From positions 2,724,743 to 2,748,742 of the forward strand of contig NZ_CM001436.1 of the NCBI RefSeq assembly GCF_000243255.1: 24,000 bases of DNA, written 5' to 3'. The stretch's first letter is position 1; each line of letters starts with the position of its first letter. The notes under the pieces are model-generated. The model saw only the letters and a program-made list of their open reading frames with translations, made no database searches and was not told the DNA's origin. The position numbers and the translations under genes were made by a program. The DNA is from Methanoplanus limicola DSM 2279 (GTDB lineage: Archaea; Halobacteriota; Methanomicrobia; Methanomicrobiales; Methanomicrobiaceae). This document shows positions 1 through 7,546 of this stretch, piece after piece.

Positions 1-330
1 GTTCCGTTCAGGTTCGGCGGAAAGATAATTCCGAAAGCTCAGGCAGAGACCGAAGTTTCAAGGAATATTCTGATAATTATCCTCTACATGCTCACAATCT
101 TTGTTGCAATGATACTGATAATGCATTTTGAAACTCCTGATCATGACACGAGCATGGTGCTCTTTGATGTTGTATCAGCCACATGCAACAACGGGATAAG
201 CACAGGATTTGCAGGCCCGGATTTAAGCCCTTTCAGCAAAATTGTATTTATATTTATAATGTGGATCGGCCGCCTGGAGATATTCGCAGTTATAATGTTC
301 TTTATGGGTTTATTCAAAGGTTTTGAGTGA
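1..330 (+). CDS. TrkH/KtrB-family K+ uptake membrane protein, C-terminal fragment (5' end lies outside the window)
   Basis: Frame 1 is open from base 1 to the TGA at 328-330. The product is very hydrophobic and carries FDVVSATCNNGISTGF (pore-loop-like) and IMWIGRLEIFAVIMF motifs typical of the last repeat of TrkH/KtrB transporters. Confidence 0.7.
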   Translation, partial: VPFRFGGKIIPKAQAETEVSRNILIIILYMLTIFVAMILIMHFETPDHDTSMVLFDVVSATCNNGISTGFAGPDLSPFSKIVFIFIMWIGRLEIFAVIMFFMGLFKGFE

Positions 331-370
331 GAGATCATGCAGCTGCCACAGTAACCGGAAAAACAATCGG

Positions 371-478
371 AAATACCCATATATGCAACAAAATCAGAAT
401 TAACATAATAATTACAATAACAACTAAAATAACAACCACAATTATAATTACAACAATAATTGCACCAACAATAATAAT
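371..478. other. A/T-rich, almost G-free low-complexity tract
   Basis: Only three G residues on the + strand (385, 397, 462) in 108 nt, with 398-461 completely G-free. Built from AAT/ACA/ATA units. The 61-aa I/T-rich ORF at 327-512 is the translation artefact of this tract. Confidence 0.6.
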
Positions 479-507
479 GGCAGGCAATGCAGACAATACC
501 TCAAGAC

Positions 508-590
508 CATAGATTATAACTTACAAAACCCTGAAAAATCATAGATTATAACTGACAATTTAATTATCACTCACAGATTATAACCTGTAA
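508..590 (+). repeat. Three phased direct repeats, CA(T/C)AGATTATAAC core (13 nt, extendable to about 19 nt)
   Basis: Copies start at 508, 540 and 572, exactly 32 bp apart: catagattataacttacaa / catagattataactgacaa / cacagattataacctgtaa. The third copy abuts the ATG at 591. Confidence 0.7.
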
Positions 591-903
591 ATGGGTCCAA
601 AAATCCAGATAATCCTTGAAAGCCAGAACCCATAGTGGTTTTCAAAGAATTTCAATACCGGAATAAACCGTCTGCCCTTATTCCCGGAAATCATACAGCA
701 CCTCAGAGCAAAAGAGATCCTTCTCTTAACAGGGGCAGGAAGAACAGGAAAATCAACCTTTATATATCAGATAACTAAAAATGAGAGAGAAAATCACTTC
801 AGAAGAGGGAAAGATTCACGCTATTCCGGCATACGGTCCGGATATAACAGTTAGAGAATTCAGGAAGAAGAACCAGTACAGAAACAGTTTAGTCCGGAAT
901 TAA
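591..903 (+). pseudogene. Decayed AAA-type ATPase gene (archaeal ATPase / DUF4143-like), with an in-frame stop and an internal deletion
   Basis: ATG at 591 gives MGPKIQIILESQNP, then TAG (633-635), then WFSKNFNTGINRLPLFPEIIQHLRAKEILLLTGAGRTGKSTFIYQIT. The NP-W-W N-terminal motif and the Walker A GxxxxGKS(T) are typical of this multicopy archaeal ATPase family. The reading frame collapses shortly after the P-loop (stop at 852-854). A second frame reads GKIHAIPAY... to 903 and resembles the family C-terminus. Total length is about 100 codons instead of about 400. Confidence 0.45.
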
Positions 904-939
904 CAGGACATACAGATGATAATATCAGAATTGCTTAAG

Positions 940-946
940 AAAAAAA
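940..946 (-). terminator. Oligo-T terminator of the rpl7ae-ndk operon
   Basis: A run of 7 A on the + strand, giving T7 on the coding strand, immediately after the ndk TAA (947-949). Archaeal RNA polymerase terminates at oligo-T. Confidence 0.5.
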
Positions 947-1396
947 TTATTCATAGAGATATTTCTCATCTGCTCTCTCATATGAGATAATTTCTTCCGG
1001 TCTGAAATGAATTCCAATCTCACGTTCAGCAGTTTCATATGAATCTGAGCCGTGAATGACATTCATTCCGATCTCCATTGCGAAGTCACCGCGGATTGTG
1101 CCGGGTTCTGCTTCAGCAGGATTTGTGGCGCCAATCATTTTGCGTGTAACTGCAACGACATCCTTTCCTTCAAATACCATAAGGAAGCATGGCCCGGACA
1201 TAATGTAACTCTTAAGTCCCGGGAAGAACGGCTTTGCAGCATGCTCTGCATAGTGTTCCATAACACGCTCTTCAGGAAGCATTTCAAATTTGCCTGCGAC
1301 CATTTTGAGACCTTTTGCCTCAAAACGTGCAATTACTTCACCGATAAGTCCGCGCTGAACACCGTCAGGCTTGACCATCAGAAAGGTACGATCCAT
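947..1396 (-). CDS. ndk: Nucleoside diphosphate kinase
   Basis: 149 aa. [22 protein letters not shown]...NVIHGSDS (catalytic His motif). Strong SD AAGGAGTGATCC upstream of the ATG. Confidence 0.95.
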   Translation of the reverse strand: MDRTFLMVKPDGVQRGLIGEVIARFEAKGLKMVAGKFEMLPEERVMEHYAEHAAKPFFPGLKSYIMSGPCFLMVFEGKDVVAVTRKMIGATNPAEAEPGTIRGDFAMEIGMNVIHGSDSYETAEREIGIHFRPEEIISYERADEKYLYE

Positions 1397-1402
1397 TGTG
1401 GA

Positions 1403-1594
1403 TCACTCCTTTCCAAGAGCCTTGCGACCTGCCTTTGTCCAGGTTACACGGCGTGGAACTCTCTTCAGCTTAAAGTTGTTCTGGCACTTTGAGCCGCAGA
1501 AGAAGAGGATAGTACCGTCCTTCTTTACGAACATCTTGCCCGTTCCCGGTTCGACTGACTCACCGCAGAATGAACAGATATATGTGTCCACCAT
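1403..1594 (-). CDS. rpl24e: 50S ribosomal protein L24e
   Basis: 63 aa. CSFCG...FFCGSKC zinc-ribbon pattern and a [11 protein letters not shown] tail characteristic of L24e. Conserved position between S28e and ndk. Confidence 0.95.
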   Translation of the reverse strand: MVDTYICSFCGESVEPGTGKMFVKKDGTILFFCGSKCQNNFKLKRVPRRVTWTKAGRKALGKE

Positions 1595-1596
1595 CT

Positions 1597-1803
1597 TTAC
1601 CGCCTCGATAGTTTCTTTGCTTCTCTTTCAGTTTCAAGGAGCATAAGGACATCACCCTCGCGTATAGGTCCTACTGTATTGCGGGTGATGATCCTCCCCT
1701 TGTTTGAGCCATCAAGAATACGGCACTTAACCTGCTGGGCTTCACCATGCATTCCGGTTGCACCGATAACTTCTATGACTTCAGCCGGCGTTCCTTCTGC
1801 CAT
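1597..1803 (-). CDS. rps28e: 30S ribosomal protein S28e
   Basis: 68 aa. [26 protein letters not shown]...[21 protein letters not shown] is the typical S28e sequence. Confidence 0.95.
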   Translation of the reverse strand: MAEGTPAEVIEVIGATGMHGEAQQVKCRILDGSNKGRIITRNTVGPIREGDVLMLLETEREAKKLSRR

Positions 1804-1814
1804 CCCAGATCACC

Positions 1815-2183
1815 TCACTGTCTGAGTTCGGCAATCTGTCCGACAAGCTCTTCGATAAGTTCTTTTGCCTTGCCCGGCTTTACAATTGCTGCTGCTGCTG
1901 AGCCTACATCGAGGCCGCTTGCTGCACCGACATCATTCTGCTTGTTGATGATGACGTATGGGCACTGTTTTTCGTCACAGATTGCCGGGAGGTGCATTAC
2001 AATCTCCTCAGGTTCAACATCGCCGCCAATAAGTACAAGCTGCGCAATGCCTCTCTCGATAGCTTTTGTTGCTTCGTTTGATCCCTTCTTGATTTTACCG
2101 GTATCTCTTGATAATTCAAGAACTTCAAGAGCTTTATTCTGAATTTCTTCAGGAGCTTCAAATTTTGCGTATACTTTAGACAT
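1815..2183 (-). CDS. rpl7ae: 50S ribosomal protein L7Ae (K-turn binding protein)
   Basis: 122 aa. [41 protein letters not shown] matches the L7Ae/L30e family core. First gene of the conserved archaeal L7Ae-S28e-L24e-Ndk cluster. SD GAGGTGAG lies 2 nt before the ATG. Confidence 0.95.
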   Translation of the reverse strand: MSKVYAKFEAPEEIQNKALEVLELSRDTGKIKKGSNEATKAIERGIAQLVLIGGDVEPEEIVMHLPAICDEKQCPYVIINKQNDVGAASGLDVGSAAAAIVKPGKAKELIEELVGQIAELRQ

Positions 2184-2394
2184 AACTCACCTCATTCAGG
2201 AGCAAGAATAAAGAGGAGATATATTTCTCCCCTTCACGATTCAGGTAGCGTATTACTCCTTCATCACTCATCAGTAGCCTTGATGTAGCTATTATTATTC
2301 ACCACCGGATGAAATAAAGGTTGCCAAATACCTATACAGGCCACCTGAAAAAAATATGTGAAAACCCTTAAGAGACAATTATGATGACTGAATC

Positions 2395-4464
2395 TCAATT
2401 CCCGCCATATCCTGTGAAATCCTGTAAAAGAGAATATACTGTGACTTCTTCATTCTGATAGATAATCTCCAGTCCCTGTGCAGGAATATTCACATCATAT
2501 GCCTCCCGCTCTGCCTCTCCAACGTACAAAAGTCCCGCGCCGTATTTCTGCATCAGTGGTATGGTATCAGCCGGATTTTCATAGATTTTCCTGACATCAC
2601 CCATCCTTGCTCCGACATTACCTTCATCACCCCTCCACATCTGCTCATGGAAAGGCATGCCGGTTACAGACGGAATTCCGGTCATAGATGAAATTCTTGA
2701 ATAGTAGGTATAATCCCCGCCTTCAGCCTCAACAATAGTCAGATTGCCCTCAAGGCTGTTTAAGAAGGTGACAGCGTCATAATCATACGGCTGCAAAACC
2801 TTCATCCATGCAGTGCCGTCAAGAGTCTTTCCACCGTAACCGTAGTTCATATCCGGAAGAATAACCGGGACGGCAAATATGACAGCAAGGACGATTATAA
2901 GCATAGCAGTTCTTCTTCCGGATGAGAAAAAATCATCCTCCTCAGAAAGCCCGGCATCTGCGCAGCCATTTTTCCGTTCATAACACCTGTTCAGCCACGC
3001 ACCAATATAGTACAGGGACGAGACTGCAAGCATCATCCAGGCAACGATTGAAAACTTAAATACCGTATTCATCCGGTAGTAAGTATCCCCCATATTATCC
3101 TTCAGATAGATAATCTCTACAAGGGTGATGAGCAGAAGTCCGGCAATGGCAAAGAGATCAGCCGGAGATTTGTTCTTTCTTTTTATCAGTGCCAGGGCGG
3201 GAATAACAGCAGCAGCCGCACTTAGATATCCCAGTAGTAAAAAGGGAACCGCAAGAATAATAACCCGGGCATCTTCCCATATATCCCGTGCTGTCTCCGC
3301 ATACAGTATAACAATAAAAGTTCCCCATACCAGAAGGAAAGGAACAATATCCGTCGGAGTGTTTACTATGCCCAGTCCTTCAATTCCGGCACTGTCCATC
3401 ATAAAGTAAAAAGGAGCATATATCAGAACCGAGACCACCGGAACAGTGACAAGGAAAGAGAGTGCGTCCCTGATATTAACTCCGGACGAATAATCCCGGT
3501 ACAGAATACAGCCTGCAAAGAGCAGAAAGAGCGGCGCATAGAAGAGCACATCCCAGCTGTTTACAGGCGGCATGGTGCCAAGGGAGAGCGCGGCTGCAAG
3601 ACCGCAGAAAACTTTCTCCTTCTGCCCCATACTGCTCCATCCTTTGAGGATAAATGCCAGTATGAAGATGAAGAGACACTGATTCATTATCGAGATAACA
3701 TGAGCATGCGGGTCGCCCCAGAGCATTGAGAAGAGCGGAAATTCAGTGATAGCGCCTTCAATGGTTCGTGTGCTCCCCCACATAACCCCGTTTATGTCAG
3801 AACCTGTAAGTGCAAGATAAATAAACGAAGGATTGACGAGGAAGAGCGCAGCGAGGGGAAGCCAGCAGTACCTCTTCAGCATCATCCTGCCAAATGCATA
3901 GAGTGACACTCCGGCATTGGCAAGGACTGTCGGGAGAATAAGATTGAACGCTATTGCTGACTTTGTAAAAGCTGTAAGCCCCAGAGAACCCATCATCCAG
4001 TGCCCCAGATAATAATAGACATTCAGGCTTCCGCCGGAGTACCAGGGGTCAAGCGGCACAACAACCGGATTTCTCATCACAGATGCCAGAAAGGCATGGT
4101 CCATGAATTTTTCAGCGTACGATATTGAAGGGTTTAAGTACCTCACCTCAAGCATAAAAAGGAAGAGAATGAGAAATACAAGATCCCACTTCAGTAATCC
4201 TTTAAAAGACTCCCTGCTGTATTCACCCTTAAATGCAAAATACAAAACCGCAGCGATAAATGGTATAACCGCAGCCTGAACCGGAATTCCGGCAATTCCT
4301 GCATACCACGAGAAGAGCGCAAAGAGCATCAGGGAGAGCGGGTATGAAACAGGATAGGCATACTCCTTAAATGAATCTCTGAGGAGAGGCCACAACCCGG
4401 TCTGAATCACCTTTAAGACAATCAGCCAGGATATAACGGAAAATACCTGAAACTCCGGGGTCAA
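2395..4464 (-). CDS. Polytopic membrane protein, Chlor_Arch_YYY (DUF2298)-type, putative GT-C-like glycosyl/lipid transferase
   Basis: 689 aa with about 15 or more predicted TM segments. Contains the family-defining YYYLGHW motif (SLNVYYYLGHWMMG) and a soluble C-terminal domain of about 150 aa. The predicted start is TTG, overlapping the upstream stop (TTGA), so the start is uncertain. Confidence 0.7.
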   Translation of the reverse strand: MTPEFQVFSVISWLIVLKVIQTGLWPLLRDSFKEYAYPVSYPLSLMLFALFSWYAGIAGIPVQAAVIPFIAAVLYFAFKGEYSRESFKGLLKWDLVFLILFLFMLEVRYLNPSISYAEKFMDHAFLASVMRNPVVVPLDPWYSGGSLNVYYYLGHWMMGSLGLTAFTKSAIAFNLILPTVLANAGVSLYAFGRMMLKRYCWLPLAALFLVNPSFIYLALTGSDINGVMWGSTRTIEGAITEFPLFSMLWGDPHAHVISIMNQCLFIFILAFILKGWSSMGQKEKVFCGLAAALSLGTMPPVNSWDVLFYAPLFLLFAGCILYRDYSSGVNIRDALSFLVTVPVVSVLIYAPFYFMMDSAGIEGLGIVNTPTDIVPFLLVWGTFIVILYAETARDIWEDARVIILAVPFLLLGYLSAAAAVIPALALIKRKNKSPADLFAIAGLLLITLVEIIYLKDNMGDTYYRMNTVFKFSIVAWMMLAVSSLYYIGAWLNRCYERKNGCADAGLSEEDDFFSSGRRTAMLIIVLAVIFAVPVILPDMNYGYGGKTLDGTAWMKVLQPYDYDAVTFLNSLEGNLTIVEAEGGDYTYYSRISSMTGIPSVTGMPFHEQMWRGDEGNVGARMGDVRKIYENPADTIPLMQKYGAGLLYVGEAEREAYDVNIPAQGLEIIYQNEEVTVYSLLQDFTGYGGN

Positions 4465-5426
4465 ATAATCTCACCTTTATCAATGCCTTTTGAAAAAGCT
4501 CTCTTCAGCAGTTTTACAGACCAGTCACCAAAGAGGTACATCGAGATTATGCCGCCTCCGAGAGTGACAAGATTTTTCACCAGATGATCGATAACTGCAA
4601 TAAGCGTTGCAACCGCCGGAGCAACACCTGAGATCTCAAAAGTGAGCGCAAGTGCAACCTCATAAGTGCCCACACCTCCGGGAGTGAGTGGCACAGCTTT
4701 TACCAGATTCCCGATGACAATTGCCAGAATAACCACAAGAAACGGGATATTTACACTGAACATAAGGGCAATCACATAGCAGATAAGACTGTCCATAATC
4801 CATATGACAAGTGAAACAAATCCAAGATATATCAGAGAAAAAGGTCTTAAAGAAGCGCTCCTGACTTCATTTAAGAGACCTATCAGAACTGCCAGATATT
4901 TATTCTCAGAGGAAAAACTCCCGCTGAAGAGTAAAAAGAGAACAAACGCAGCACAGAGCGCCAGAGTGACATATATGACAGAAATGAACCAGTCAGGAAT
5001 ATTGAGTATAAACGGCACTGCTGCGGCACCAAGCAGTGCAATGACAGCAATATCAAAGAAACGTTCAACAACAAGGGACGACAGTCCGGTGGGGTAATTG
5101 GTTCCTCTCTCATGTTTTAAGATCAGCAGCCTGACGAGATCCCCAAGCCTTGCAGGAATTATCAGATTAGCAGTCTGCGATATGAAAATACATGCGGTTG
5201 AGAGCAGAACAGTAATCCTCTCGCCGAGATTGTCAAGAATATTCCTGTACCTGTAACCACGGACAAACCAGGCTGCAATACAGACAAAAACTGAAATTAC
5301 AAGGTATGCAGGATCTGCATTATCAAGCGCGATAATGAGGTCATCCCACACCCTCGCAAGCATTATGGCAATAATACCAACCGCAATTACAGTCGGAATT
5401 ACAATAGCACTAACTTTTTTCAGCAT
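4461..5426 (-). CDS. Flippase-like membrane protein (lysyl-phosphatidylglycerol synthase TM-region / UPF0104 family)
   Basis: 321 aa with about 8 TM helices. Has the R/K-rich loop FVRGYRYRNIL after TM2 and the PLTPGGVGTYE motif typical of the family. ATG start. Overlaps the GT2 gene by 17 nt. Confidence 0.6.
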   Translation of the reverse strand: MLKKVSAIVIPTVIAVGIIAIMLARVWDDLIIALDNADPAYLVISVFVCIAAWFVRGYRYRNILDNLGERITVLLSTACIFISQTANLIIPARLGDLVRLLILKHERGTNYPTGLSSLVVERFFDIAVIALLGAAAVPFILNIPDWFISVIYVTLALCAAFVLFLLFSGSFSSENKYLAVLIGLLNEVRSASLRPFSLIYLGFVSLVIWIMDSLICYVIALMFSVNIPFLVVILAIVIGNLVKAVPLTPGGVGTYEVALALTFEISGVAPAVATLIAVIDHLVKNLVTLGGGIISMYLFGDWSVKLLKRAFSKGIDKGEII

Positions 5427-6129
5427 GAAGCCGCCACCAGAGTTTTAAGACAGATGATCCCATTGAAAAGACATCTTTGGGCCTGACAGTTGTTCCTGAA
5501 CCGGTTCTCCACTTTACCGCAAATTCATCGACACGGTATCCTCTCTTCTGTGCAATAACCAAAGCTTCAGTATCCCAGAACCAGTGCCCGGATTTTATAT
5601 CCGGAATAAGCTTCAGGACCTTATCCCGGTTAAACGCCTTAAACCCGCACTGGTGATCAAAGAGCCGGCTTTTAAGGATTAACCTGACCATCAGATTGTA
5701 GCCGCGGCTCGCGACCTCACGCCCCGCAGTCCGGACAATATCACTTGACGGCAGAAGACGCGAACCTGTAGAGACATCTGCACCGTCTCTGATGTGACCG
5801 ATAAGCTCAGAAAGGTGTGACATATCGGTTGCAAGATCGACATCATAATAGCAGACAATCTCACCTTTTGCCGCTTCAAAGGCACGGTTAAGCGCCCTTC
5901 CCCTGCCAAGCCTCTCATCACTGTGAAAGAGCCTCACCCGGCAGTCCTTCTTCTCCCAGTCAAGGACAAGTTCACGGCTGCCGTCAGTGCTGCCGTCCTC
6001 TGCAACAATAATCTCAAAAGATCCCGAGACAGCTTCAAGGGTTTTTATTGATTCAGGAATTGCAGTTTTCAGAGAATCAACATCGTTGAACACCGGAATT
6101 ACAGCCGATACTTCAATATCATCCTTCAA
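5410..6129 (-). CDS. Family 2 glycosyltransferase (dolichyl/polyprenyl-phosphate sugar synthase-like)
   Basis: 239 aa. VSAVIPVFND...IIVAEDGSTDGS...YYDVDL (DxD-type) motifs of GT-A/GT2 enzymes. TTG start overlapping the upstream TGA (TTGA). Confidence 0.85.
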   Translation of the reverse strand: MKDDIEVSAVIPVFNDVDSLKTAIPESIKTLEAVSGSFEIIVAEDGSTDGSRELVLDWEKKDCRVRLFHSDERLGRGRALNRAFEAAKGEIVCYYDVDLATDMSHLSELIGHIRDGADVSTGSRLLPSSDIVRTAGREVASRGYNLMVRLILKSRLFDHQCGFKAFNRDKVLKLIPDIKSGHWFWDTEALVIAQKRGYRVDEFAVKWRTGSGTTVRPKDVFSMGSSVLKLWWRLHAEKS

Positions 6130-7361
6130 GAAAAATCCCTCATAATTCTCTTTGCCGCGTCATATCCCGCCACAACCGAGCCTTCCATGCTTCTTTCAGG
6201 GTAATTTGATTCCGAAAACATTCCTGCGGGATATAAACGGCCATATGATTTTTCAGGGATCAGATCACGGTATCCGGTAACATAAACAGGCCCGGCATAA
6301 GGTTCGGTCTTAATTATAGACCAGTTGATCTCAGAATCCTTTACACCAAATCTTGAGCAGAAATCCTTAACCATAATATCCTTTATATCAGGACCGGGCA
6401 TCTCTGAGAAGTAAGAGGCAAGATATACTATATGCTCCCCGTACCTCTCTTTATTTACAAAATTGGTATGACCAATTACAGCACCGTAAGGAGCTTTATC
6501 CCTGACATTTACCCAGTATATGCCGTCAAGGACATCACGGGTCATCCCGATTGTGACACATGCCGCACCCTGGTAGGGAACAGCACCGATATCAGGCCCG
6601 CCAATCCTCCTCAGTTCAGAGGGGCTGACTGTTGAGATGACAGCATCATAATCCTTCCCGTTTACAGTCCAGCCTCCGGAAGAATTCTCTTCCATAAAAC
6701 TGACAGACGTCCCCGTATAAATATTACAGCTCTTTTCCGAGGATTCTATCTCCCCGTTAAGCCGGTTAATCAGTGTAACGTAACCGCCTTTAAGATAGCC
6801 GAGCCTCTCACCCTCAACTCCGCGATCAGACCTGATGGCAATCCTTGAGATGAGCCATGCAGCAGAGACCTTATCTGACAGAGCACCGAATTTGCTCCTG
6901 AGCAGTGGCTCAAAGAAACCGGAATAGACCGATTTTCCGCATTTTGCTTCAATATATTCCTTCGCGGTAATATTGTCAAGATCTTCTGCACTCATCTTTC
7001 CGGCCTTAAGAGTGAGCATACCAAGCCTGAATTTATCATATAAGGACAGATATCTGTATTTAAGAATATCAGCCGGTGTTGTAAGAGGGTTAATCTTACC
7101 ATCAATCAGATATCCTGTACTGCCTTTAAGCCATTCCAGATCCCCTGTCAGGCCAAGTTTATCTATAAGTGAAATGAGGTTTTTATCACCGGAAAAACAG
7201 TGATGATAAAAGTCCTCGATATATCCATTTGCTGCCTTTGATGAGGAAAGGCACCCTCCGGGCACTTTATTTTTCTCAAAAAGATCGATATCCGCAAAAT
7301 CCTTCAGCATATATGCCGCAGAAAGCCCGGAAAGTCCTCCTCCAATTATGCAGATATTCAT
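6126..7361 (-). CDS. FAD/NAD(P)-dependent oxidoreductase (amine-oxidase / phytoene-desaturase / protoporphyrinogen-oxidase-like fold)
   Basis: 411 aa. N-terminal dinucleotide-binding motif ICIIGGGLSGLSAAYML...FEKNKVPGG. First gene of the four-gene operon. Confidence 0.8.
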   Translation of the reverse strand: MNICIIGGGLSGLSAAYMLKDFADIDLFEKNKVPGGCLSSSKAANGYIEDFYHHCFSGDKNLISLIDKLGLTGDLEWLKGSTGYLIDGKINPLTTPADILKYRYLSLYDKFRLGMLTLKAGKMSAEDLDNITAKEYIEAKCGKSVYSGFFEPLLRSKFGALSDKVSAAWLISRIAIRSDRGVEGERLGYLKGGYVTLINRLNGEIESSEKSCNIYTGTSVSFMEENSSGGWTVNGKDYDAVISTVSPSELRRIGGPDIGAVPYQGAACVTIGMTRDVLDGIYWVNVRDKAPYGAVIGHTNFVNKERYGEHIVYLASYFSEMPGPDIKDIMVKDFCSRFGVKDSEINWSIIKTEPYAGPVYVTGYRDLIPEKSYGRLYPAGMFSESNYPERSMEGSVVAGYDAAKRIMRDFS

Positions 7362-7484
7362 TCCGTTCTATATTTTTACTGAAAATGATTTTATCCTTTT
7401 CATTATAATGTCATTGCTCAAAACAAAACATTTAATTTTCCGGTGCAGGCGCATAAGAAAGCTTTTGAAGTTATGAGTACTACA

Positions 7485-7493
7485 TTTTTATAT
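7485..7493 (+). promoter_or_regulatory. Candidate TATA box for cetZ
   Basis: TTTTTATAT lies 54-62 nt upstream of the cetZ ATG in a 185-bp divergent intergenic region. Position only, no experimental support. Confidence 0.3.
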
Positions 7494-7546
7494 CCTGAAG
7501 AGAAGGGAACGAAAATAATCTTCACTCACTGGATGGTGTATAATAA

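Noticed and set aside
327-512. 61-aa ORF (MRDHAAATVTGKTIGNTHICNKIRINIIITITTKITTTIIITT...)
   Set aside because: It is a translation artefact of the G-free AAT/ACA low-complexity tract. The composition is implausible for a protein, there is no RBS, and it overlaps the trkH stop region.
508-590. Possible degenerate mini-CRISPR array (regular 32-bp spacing)
   Set aside because: The repeats are only 13-19 nt and the 'spacers' 13-19 nt. There are just three copies, no palindromic repeat core, and no cas genes or leader. This is far outside CRISPR repeat and spacer size ranges.
371-590. Possible replication origin (A/T-rich unwinding tract plus repeats)
   Set aside because: No orc1/cdc6 gene is adjacent. 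The repeats lack the ORB/mini-ORB character (no G-string, no dyad). Direct rather than inverted arrangement around the A/T tract is atypical. I kept it only as an unexplained repeat finding.
633-635. In-frame TAG in the ATPase fragment as a pyrrolysine codon
   Set aside because: The gene is also truncated and frame-broken about 70 codons later. The TAG sits where the family has a conserved Trp (TGG, a one-base change). Nothing in the window suggests Pyl decoding.
2281-2391. Box C/D sRNA on the + strand (TGATGTA ... CCTGA ... ATGATGA-CTGA)
   Set aside because: The spacing is wrong: about 110 nt overall, with the good C-box directly abutting CTGA and leaving no guide region. The first box is imperfect. 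The ATGATGACTGA lies at the 3' end of the YYY-domain gene region.
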